A stretch of DNA of 33,651 nt from Sphaeroforma arctica JP610 (Eukaryota). The position numbers were made by a program, and so were the translations under genes. Position 1 is the stretch's first letter. The number at the start of each line of letters is the position of its first letter. Under the pieces are notes generated by a model. That model worked only from the letters and a program-made list of their open reading frames with translations. It made no database searches and was not told the origin of the DNA. The stretch covers positions 18,590-52,240 of the forward strand of contig NW_014040393.1 in NCBI RefSeq assembly GCF_001186125.1, read 5' to 3'. Shown piece after piece: positions 25,700-33,651 of the stretch.

Positions 25700-28433
25700 A
25701 AAAAAAGTGAAATATTTTTTTCGGCTGGATGTGCTTCTCGTAGGTGCGGGAGGAAGCAGCCATTGTATACGCCAGCCCCACATCTACTACACTCACATCC
25801 ACTTCCACTGTTTGTAGAGTATGAAGAGTGGCTGAAAGGTACGAGTCAAAGGATACGATAGACCTCTTCCAAGCACGGTTATCTCAGCTAGGAAAAGTCC
25901 TTAGTCTGAGAGAACCGGACTGAGTCTTTATTTGTGTTTTCACCAGACTCAGGACTTACCTAAGTCACACGCGGAGTCCCGGCGTAGCTTACCGGTTCTA
26001 CCGTTAATATTTCTGATGACTCGAATATCAGAAATATTCCAATCCTAATTCCAAAACTTAATATTTGATGATCCCGGGGTTTGGGATTTAGATTGGCTTT
26101 TTAATAATCTGGTCCTTAGATGCTACATGTTCTTCTTGGTGCATTTAAAGTATTTGCAGTACTTGCGTTTGACTCTCAAATCTTCAACGGTACTACCCTC
26201 CTTATTTTTCTTTTTCTCTCTAATCAGATCTTTGATTGGTGTTGTGTGTGCGCCTACATCAGATGAAGTAGATTCGGGCCTACGTACAGCCGCTGATGTC
26301 AAAAATCGGTTTGCTCGTTGATCATCTGGTTCTCAATCAAGTCTTTCGACAGCATTTGTAACAAAACTCACTGATCACATGTCTTGTCTGATTCTGTACG
26401 TAGTAGGAGTAAATGATACATATAGCTAATAGTGAAGCATCCACCCTCTTTTCCTATGAACGCACTCCTATCTTCTTCTCTAAATTGAGAGTATTATATC
26501 TATACCTGTTATGTCGATCAACCGTGAAGTATTGATCTACAAGCTGAAGCTGCTTACACTGTATTTTCTTCATCGACACGGAAGTTCTCTTAATTCGCAT
26601 GTGTTTCCGTGTGATTGTCGTCCCTTGATGTGTAGTTCCATGAGTATTTATAAAATACTTTCCTATCAGCCCAAACAGTGGCAGTGTACTTGTTTCCCAA
26701 TTCATCTTCTGTCAACATACTTTTCCAATGGCCTTCGCCTACAAGTTCCTCCGTTCCAAGAAGTGCGAAGGGAAACATTTTGGCTGCTGCTTTGATTATT
26801 CCGGTGAAATACATACCCCTTTCTCGTAATGCTTTGGTGGTTCTAAAACTTGCGAACTAACTATCGCCATATACGGCTTTTCCTGTGTGGAAGTATTTCT
26901 CCACCAAACGAAGCGTAATAGCAGTACCCGTCTGGTGGGTGGCTTCAAATGGCCGCTCGTCCGCATCTAACCATTGCACTATCTCTAAATTTAGAAGGAA
27001 TTGACCGCGACCACAACATGCTGTCTAAATCTCACATTCATTCTCAGGCTTTCTATCCATAGCCACATAGTGTGGCAACCCATAATTCAACCACGATCCC
27101 CCAAAACCATATCAACGAGAAATACCTTCATCGATACAAATGTGCATACTTGAGTCGATAGTATGATCTCTATGTTCATTTATCGCATCGACAAACCCCT
27201 TTACGGGAGACCATCGGTGTGTTTGTGTGTTGGGATCTTCCTCGCCTGTCGTCTTCTCTGTATATTGCAGACATGCGTGTATATTGTTGAAACGGTGTTT
27301 AGTCATCCAACGACCAAAGTTATGTGGTGCGTGTGATTCATACTCACACTGAGTTTTCCGCCAACAGTCACCTCGATTTCCAAAGTCGATGAAACAAAAT
27401 TGCATGTACACACTAAAGAACACAAGTAGCTCTCCAGGTGTAAGTGAGTTGCTGTTAGTATCGCCCTTGCACTTCGTCAGTATGGGGTTGGTTAATGCAC
27501 ACATGGTTATCCGAAACCCATAGGGAATATAGCGTAGAAGTATTGCAAGGCATATCGTGCGATACCATCCTGTGGTCTGAAGACTTCATGGTTGGCCATA
27601 ACTTTCCACTTATGAATATCAGGACCTGTCTCATCAACATCAACGCTCCCCCAGTGCCACGTCTGTCCATGCACTGTGACCGGTTCTCTGTTATCGATAA
27701 GTGTTGCCGGCTGTGTAAGTGCTTGTGCCATATTTAATAGCGTTGGTACCACAGTACCTATGTTACTTACTTGTATGTTACTGGTGGGTTACTAGTATCT
27801 ATTTTTGATTGATCATTGCGTATCATTACGTCCTGGAGTAAGCAAGTCATGCAATAATGGCAATTCATCTGATGTAGGTTGTGTATCTTGTGGGTCTATT
27901 GCTAATTGTGTTCGTTGTACATCACTGATCGCAGTATTGTTGTCTTCACTGCCAGTTGTGTGGTGTGTGTGAGTTGGCAACTGACCAACGGTAGTGTCTG
28001 TTGGTTGTGCTTATACCAAAGATGGATATATAGCTGGGTCCGTCGCCGCTCTCTCCGCTCTTTGCTGCTCTCTTATCAGGAAATCATGTGGTACACCAGA
28101 TATCACACTTAGTTCGTGTTCACTATCATTATTATCGGCAGGTGATACCAGCTTCAATAGCTGCGGACTGAACCTTTTCAGTCTCAAATACCGCTCCCCA
28201 GCAGGACTAACAAACCCTTCAACCTTCACAGTTATCTTGTATATGTTAGTCGTACCTGTCATCGATGGAACACGATCTATCTGCATCACGATCGCATGCA
28301 TCCAGATCTTATCATACTTACTACCAAACCGTGCCTGGGCATACCGCTCGTCCATATGAACCCAATTAACATAAGCAGTATTCCCCACAAACCTCTTCGC
28401 CGCTACCAGATCTTTTTTTAGTGCCTTTCCCAT
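25700..28433 (-). pseudogene. piggyBac-family (DDE_Tnp_1_7-like) transposase pseudogene with C-terminal Cys-rich domain
   Basis: ELLVFF, FGRWMTKHRFNNIHACL, CIDEG (D1), MDRKPENECE, YGDS*FAS (D2), VDRHNRYR..LNLEK (D3), and YCKYFKC...CECSRC...CFLPH after solo-LTR removal. The start at MGKALKK (28433) is tentative. Confidence 0.85.
25813..26127. mobile_element. Solo LTR (315 bp) inserted in the piggyBac Cys-rich domain
   Basis: TGTAG...CTACA termini; 4-bp TSD TGTT at 25809-25812 and 26128-26131. Removal restores KCTKKN-SGSGCECSRC in frame. Confidence 0.88.
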
Positions 28434-29389
28434 AGTTAACACTACTACTAACACCGTAGCTATAGTATAAAGTATCATGTTTATGTGTATTGGCAAAGTG
28501 TACTTTTGTATGTGTTTCAGATGGGCTATTGACATACGATGAGTCAGAAAAATTTGTTTATTATTACTTAAATCTAATTGGCTATCTAAATATACACCAC
28601 CACATCCAGAAAAGGACGACCTGCCGTGCCGCAACCAGCCCACTTGGGCTAAAATAGCTATAGGGAAGTATAAACACTAGGAGTGCTTCCTGGTGGTGGC
28701 GGACCTGGCCACCCGTCCCTAGGGGTACTTCCTGGAAGGTTGGAATGGTCTCCTCCATGTAGTAGACATCCTGCTGGAACGCTGGGTTTTGATTATACTC
28801 CCGGATGTCAACGTTAAGCAATTCATCGGAAGCTGTAGGGGGCGGAAGTACAGGGTCATCGTCGGTGACCTGTGCTTTATCATCAGTGTGTGTTGCTGGT
28901 GTAAAAGACTCCAACATGTCTGCATGGTCCAGCTTTTGATTGGCAGCGGCATCAATGTCAGCCGAGGAAGCCGGAGCGTCCACCGTGGCTGGTGTAGCCG
29001 TGACCTTGCCTGCGGCCATATCAGCGTCTGCGGGGTAAGTGCCGGGGAAGGTGTCGTCGTCAAGGGAGGCCGCCTGCATCCACGAAGTGGGAAAGGTAGC
29101 TGGCTCCGGAGCTGGGGTAGTTGCCAAACCACGAGCATTGACGAAGAAATCAACCCGTGCTGTAGAGAGAGCGTTGGGCGTAGTCGTAAGTGATTCGAGA
29201 TTGTCTACAGGTGGGGACAGGTCAGTCAGTGTGCATGTAGTAAGAGGTGTAATCTGTTGACGGACCGGCGTGGCTATGAGGCACGACTGCGGTACATATT
29301 CAATGGACATGAGGCAGTCCTGAGGGCGTGAAAGCCCGACTCTCTTCCAGAAGTAGCTCTCTACTATGAACAGTAGTTGCGCACCGCAT

Positions 29390-29790
29390 AGGTGGGCAAC
29401 AAGAGTGTATTTCCAGGGTGGTCTGCCCACAATACGCTTGCCATAGTGGAGGTAAGTGTTATTCCTGTGTGGAATGACCAAGGGTGTCCCTTGGATGAGC
29501 CGGAAGTAGACGGGAAATCAGGCTGCAGATGGCCAGAGAGGAACACACGCCACAACCGAAGTAAACGGGACACCCAGGACCCGCTGACGCAAGAAGCTGT
29601 CAATGTCAGTCTACGGGAAGTTTGTGGCGGTGTTGGATCTGGACCACCTGCAACATCCTTTGTACAGTAGACGGTGAGGACATGGTCATCATGGCTCGCG
29701 AATATTTCTAAGTCATAGGCGCCCCACAACTGTTGTGAGATATCGATCCAAAAGGCCATTAATCGCCCAGCTGTTGTGGTCGATGTAAAA
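29390..29790 (-). pseudogene. Dam-like DNA N6-adenine methyltransferase domain (DIRS/phage-type) within Gypsy pol, decayed
   Basis: IDHNSWAIN / AFWIDISQQLWGAYDLEIFASHDDHVLTVYCT resembles D..W.L...F..I...WG...DLFA...N.....Y. After a frameshift come WSRSNTATNFP* (NPPW-like), VVACVPLWPSAA*FP (cf. VPxWPSxxWFP) and PPWKY. Confidence 0.72.
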
Positions 29791-29804
29791 ATAGCGGGTT
29801 CCTA

Positions 29805-30632
29805 ATAGTAGTTGCACAGTAAACGTATATTATAAACGTATTAACGCGTTAACGGTTATACTTATAATACTGGATATACGTGTACATGAACAAGAATTGA
29901 GATATTCACGATTCTGAACATGTGATAGTACTCAGTAGAGTATGGGACTCTACTGTGGACAATTAGGTGGTTTTCCAAATATAGATTGATTTTTTTCCAC
30001 TGAAATTAGAATCGTACAAAAAATAGGAATGATACAAATCTGACACCTGAAAATGACACTTTGGGAATCGTACCATGCGAGAGGGTCTCAGGCATGAAAT
30101 GGTTGTTGGTACAAACCTATGGTATAATTCGATAATGATCTCAGAGCAAAATAATCCACTGAGAAAAGGACAGGATCAGAGTTGTTCGAATTTAGGATAA
30201 TATGGTTTTGATTCCTCCTAGCCAGCCAACTAGATGTACCCGGCTATGCCTTAAATTGGATGGGGAGCTAGGTACCAAGTGATGGGGTTTAGGTACAGAT
30301 GTATACTGCTCCGACTTGGTGTTTTGATTTGATTTTTTTATTTCTTAAGTTGGACTTAGATATATTTTATTGGTTAGTTTGAGTAGATAATTGTTTCGAG
30401 GCGTGAAATGTAAAATATACGTCCAATGAAATGATATCTAATCTTAGTAGCTAAAACATAAATAAATCTAGACCGAAGTAGTGAGTGATTAGAGCGGAGC
30501 ATATAGAAAATAGTCTCAGTCTAAAATCCCCTAATCTTTTGCTCACTACCAAGGGCTGAAGCTAAACTTATTTTTAACATTTTGCCTTTTAACGTTTTAA
30601 CGTAAACGTCTTGGTATCGTATAGTCAGCCTA
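29805..30632 (-). repeat. Dispersed non-coding repeat, copy 2, inserted between Gypsy RNase H and MTase
   Basis: AT-rich and ORF-free; homologous to 14083-14495. Boundaries approximate. Candidate TSDs: CCTA at 29801/30629 or ATAGT at 29805/30621. Confidence 0.8.
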
Positions 30633-30786
30633 GAGGAGACCGACTTTTACATCGAGGAGAGCCTCGTCTAGGGGGTCGGTAGGTGTATGCCATTGGACCG
30701 AGCCGTGCTCAACTTTAGCAAACCCGACTGTCATCTTGGATGGCAGCGTTGGAGAGTAGTTCAAACCTAACACTCTGTTGTACAAA

Positions 30787-31510
30787 TTATCGGAGTTTGT
30801 CCGTCTCGTCGAGACATCGCAACAGGTAGCCGCCGAAGACTGTAAGGCGGCCCTCGATATAACCAATATCGATAGGGATTTCGTTGATGTCCTCGATACT
30901 GCGAAGCCATCGCTTATGCTTAACTGATCGTGAGTGGAAGTACGGGCCAGGGTCCCGCATGATTGTGATGAACGGCTTATGAGCGGAAAGCAGGATCATA
31001 GGGCGATAGTAACGGTGTGCTAAGCCTGCTACCTTGTGGACAATTATGCGGCATCGTAGTTCTCCGGTGCGTCGTTCAGCTTGGCGGACAAGAAGACGGC
31101 AGGGTATAGATACTTGAAGGTACCGATGGTATTCCCAAGGTCCCGTGGTTGTGCTGGAAGGGACGTCATGTACGACAGGACCGCCTCTGGCCGGATTCGG
31201 TCGCGTGAGGGCTTTGTGAGGTCACGGTTATAGGGGTATCGAGGGGCAATGTCCTGAGCCAATGCCTGCTCGCTATTCAACTGGGGTTCAGCAACATGTG
31301 CTGAAGCGACAGTCTGGCGCGGTGGCAGCATAGGTCGATCCACAGTAGCCTTTATCTGTCCGATGTACAATGAAGGGCTTGTGGGAGAAGCTCTCCGGCC
31401 CCTATGCCTCTGTTGCTGGCGTCAGGTGTAGCTACCAGGTGCTGATGAGGTAGTGAATGGTAGAGCCAAATACGGAGACCGATAGTTGAAAGCAGATATG
31501 TGTGCGCTAC
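30787..31510 (-). pseudogene. Ty3/Gypsy-type RNase H (decayed)
   Basis: YPAVFLSAKLNDAPENY (cf. PIAFxSRKLxxAExNY), ILLSAHKPF (TDHKPL), KRWL, IGYIEGRLTVFGGYLLR (IxYIxGxxNxxADxLSR). Confidence 0.8.
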
Positions 31511-31783
31511 CTCGTGGGCCGTCTCCCACTCAAGTATGGCGCCTTTACGGGTTAGATCAGATAAGACCGCCGCCTGTGCCGCATAACCTGGTATGTAATT
31601 AGCCTACCATGACATGACTGCAAGGAGGCTAACAAGTTCTTGGCGGTTAGTGAAGGCTGGTCTGTCGAAAAGGGCTTGGGCACGCTTGAACATAATAGCG
31701 GATGTGTTGCGTATGTTCTCACGGCCAAAGAATAGGATGGCACAGTCCACTAGTACTGCCTATTGGCACTTAGGTGGTTGCAA

Positions 31784-32296
31784 TTAAATGTCCTTCTCAA
31801 TACAGATCCTGACGATCCAGAATATGTCATTCCAGTGGTCGTTCAAGGCCTCGAGGATCGTCTGTGCTGTCTTACAGACTGTAACGAGGTTGCCATCGTC
31901 GAGGTAAGCTTTAAACACTTCAATGAGTCTAAATGTTGTATCCATGTAGTGCTGCATGGCGTAATAGCCATTCTCGACACCCTCCATGAGGCATCGAGGT
32001 TGTTGGAAGCCACCGTCCGCCGTTGTGAAAGTGAGATAGCCGCGAGACTCCGGGTGTAGGAGGAGTTTGTAGTATGAAGCCGCCAAGTCGGTTGCAGACT
32101 GGACTATAGCATTGCGCGAATGTTCAGCCATGTCTGCCTCGATAGGGAGCTGATAGGGGAAACGATGCAACCAACGGTCGATAGGGACGTAATTAATAGT
32201 CGTACGGTAGTGGTCAGGGAAGGTCGGGGTAACCGTATAGTTCTTCTTGACAATTCCACTGGCTCGACTTGTCCCCTTCATCCGCTTTTCCATCAC
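31784..32296 (-). pseudogene. Ty3/Gypsy reverse transcriptase core
   Basis: YRTTINY, YQLP, SATDLAASYYKLLLHPESRGYLTFTT, LMEGVENG, AYLDD. Confidence 0.9.
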
Positions 32297-32582
32297 TGTA
32301 GTTCTGCTCCATCTTAGCGGTCTCGACCGCTTTGAGTACCGGGTCCCGGGTCCCGGGTCCGATATATCTGGCGTACTGGTTGTGCGCCCTCATTCAGTCG
32401 CAATTTAACCAGGGCGTCGTTGATGTACCGTGGGCGTCGTTGATGTACCGTGGGCGCCGAGGGTCGTGTCGTGCTGCGTTGAAGAGGACCTTGAGTTCCT
32501 GTAGTTCACCAGGGTTTTTATAAAGGATCTTCGCCAAGCGTTCCAGGAGCCGGAAATCATATTCGTATGGCAACTTAACGTT

Positions 32583-32885
32583 CTAGGGCCCGTAGGGTCG
32601 TGGAAGATCAATCTTCGCTAGCTGTTCGGGTGCTTGGGGAATAAGGAATCTCACGGGGTACGTCACCCGGGGAAGGTCTAGCTGAAAAATTGGTGGGCTA
32701 GTAGACTGGTCCCAGGATATAGCTATCAGGTTCTCTTGTAAGTTATCAAAGCCAGAGATAACACTGCAATCTCTAGGGTGCCAGTCCGAGACAAAGAACG
32801 CTACCGGCCGCGTCTCGTAGACCGTAAGAGTACCATTGGGTGCCCGGACACTTAAAAGTAGGGTAGAGGTGTGGTCAGAATACAA
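32583..32885 (-). pseudogene. C-terminal half of a retropepsin aspartic protease
   Basis: AFFV...VISGFDNLQENLIAISW resembles the ILGxDxL...IDW motif and lies just upstream of RT. The catalytic DSG/DTG is not present in the window. Confidence 0.6.
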
Positions 32886-33651
32886 GTACTTAGATTTATT
32901 TGATTATTTTAGGTTTATTACAAGTTTTACAGTTTATCAGAATAATCTGATAAACTGGGTTTTAGGATTTTGCTGGTTTTACAGCACATGACTAATGACT
33001 CATTTTAAGAGTCAGTCATTTTAGGATTACTGTTTATAATTATTAAAAAATGAACAACGTTCCCCTCCCTGGGGAGGGAGAACGTTGAGATACAGTTATC
33101 TAGCGTATACTTACTACATTTTTAACTTACCATAGAAGTTGATAGTTTATTAGTAATTACAAGGAAAGCTACAGAATAAGAACTAGTCAGTAGCTGGCAC
33201 ATTTTTTTTTGTTATATGTATAACAATTGAAAGACGATACGAACAAAGAATGTCGCATCAAAAGGAACGATTTAGATTATCCGGTCGTTGTACTAACGAC
33301 GTTTGGACAACGAGTATGATGGAAGAGTCTACTAATACGGGTTAAACCGATGAGCGAACATTCCAATCAAGTAGAACATTAGCCAGGGTCAACGAGAAAG
33401 GTCTCAAGACGATCAAATGACGAAATCAGAGAATCAGCCAGAATCCACAGATAAGTAGTCATGTGTGAGTACAGGTAGGAAGGTTGTTTTCAGTGTGAGA
33501 CAAGTACAAATCGAATTGCAAGTTAATGAGTTTAAATTATATTTAAGAAGTTGTTAGACGAAAAGAAGAAAGTTCTTTAGGATCCACAGTAGTAGAGATG
33601 GGAGATGTACATGGTTAGTGCCGACTCGGTTAATACTATGACGCAAAGAAT

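Larger units (their letters stand above)
25603..28676 (-). mobile_element. piggyBac-like DNA transposon with CTAG target-site duplication, inserted in Gypsy pol
   Basis: CTAG at 25599-25602 and 28677-28680. TIRs TGTCTATACTCCCCT and TGTTTATACTTCCCT match at 13/15. Excision restores HHQEAL-LEQQVPDTASTIDMVTD in frame. Internal piggyBac transposase. Confidence 0.88.
23416..32885 (-). mobile_element. Ty3/Gypsy LTR retrotransposon (decayed; gag and 5' LTR not seen) with pol order PR-RT-RH-MTase-IN and nested insertions
   Basis: Protease, RT (YLDD), Ty3 RNase H, DD35E integrase with GPY/F motif, PPT and TG..CA LTR are all collinear on the minus strand. The reading frame is restored across the piggyBac insertion. 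Confidence 0.88.

Noticed and set aside
25813..26127. Solo LTR as the 5' LTR partner of 23416-23678
   Set aside because: It has its own TSD, sits inside the piggyBac, differs in length, and shares only the termini and short words with the 3' LTR.
28434..28643. N-terminal part of ORF 28011-28643 and C-terminal tail of ORF 28582-29481
   Set aside because: Read-through into the piggyBac terminal or untranslated region; the hydrophobic tail is not a real env or transmembrane segment.
29364..29790. MTase segment as a separate DIRS element
   Set aside because: No tyrosine recombinase or DIRS-type RT is seen, and the segment is frame-continuous with the linker leading to a DD35E integrase. Not fully excluded until sibling copies are checked.
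29780..30656. 11-bp inverted match TCGATGTAAAA / TTTTACATCGA as TIRs of the inserted repeat
   Set aside because: Both lie in Gypsy coding sequence outside the region homologous to the other repeat copy, with no TSD.
32338..32456. 7-bp and 20-bp tandem repeats between PR and RT as a programmed frameshift signal
   Set aside because: No slippery heptamer; these look like post-insertion slippage duplications in a dead copy.

Overview
Eukaryotic genomic DNA (spliceosomal introns, long TA/TG microsatellites, one 880-N gap at 9444-10323). The host looks like a unicellular holozoan such as an ichthyosporean, but that is inference only. The first ~5.6 kb holds a multi-exon SLC25A46-like mitochondrial carrier gene (+). 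Its exons join in frame at GT-AG junctions, but its last exon is not visible. The rest is a transposon graveyard. It includes a decayed LINE RT (~12.7-13.9 kb, +) and a Mutator-like element bounded by a 9-bp TSD (15577-19540) that keeps SWIM and Ulp1-protease regions but shows no DDE core. It also includes a minus-strand Ty3/Gypsy LTR retrotransposon (~32885 down to the 3' LTR at 23416-23678) whose pol reads PR-RT-RNaseH-[Dam-like DNA adenine methyltransferase]-integrase. The Gypsy is interrupted by a non-coding repeat and by a piggyBac-like element with a CTAG target duplication and TGT..ACA ends. That piggyBac in turn contains a solo LTR. Removing the piggyBac and the solo LTR, each with one TSD copy, restores the host reading frames. 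The methyltransferase-bearing Gypsy is the most notable item. All protein family calls are by-eye motif recognition, not database hits.
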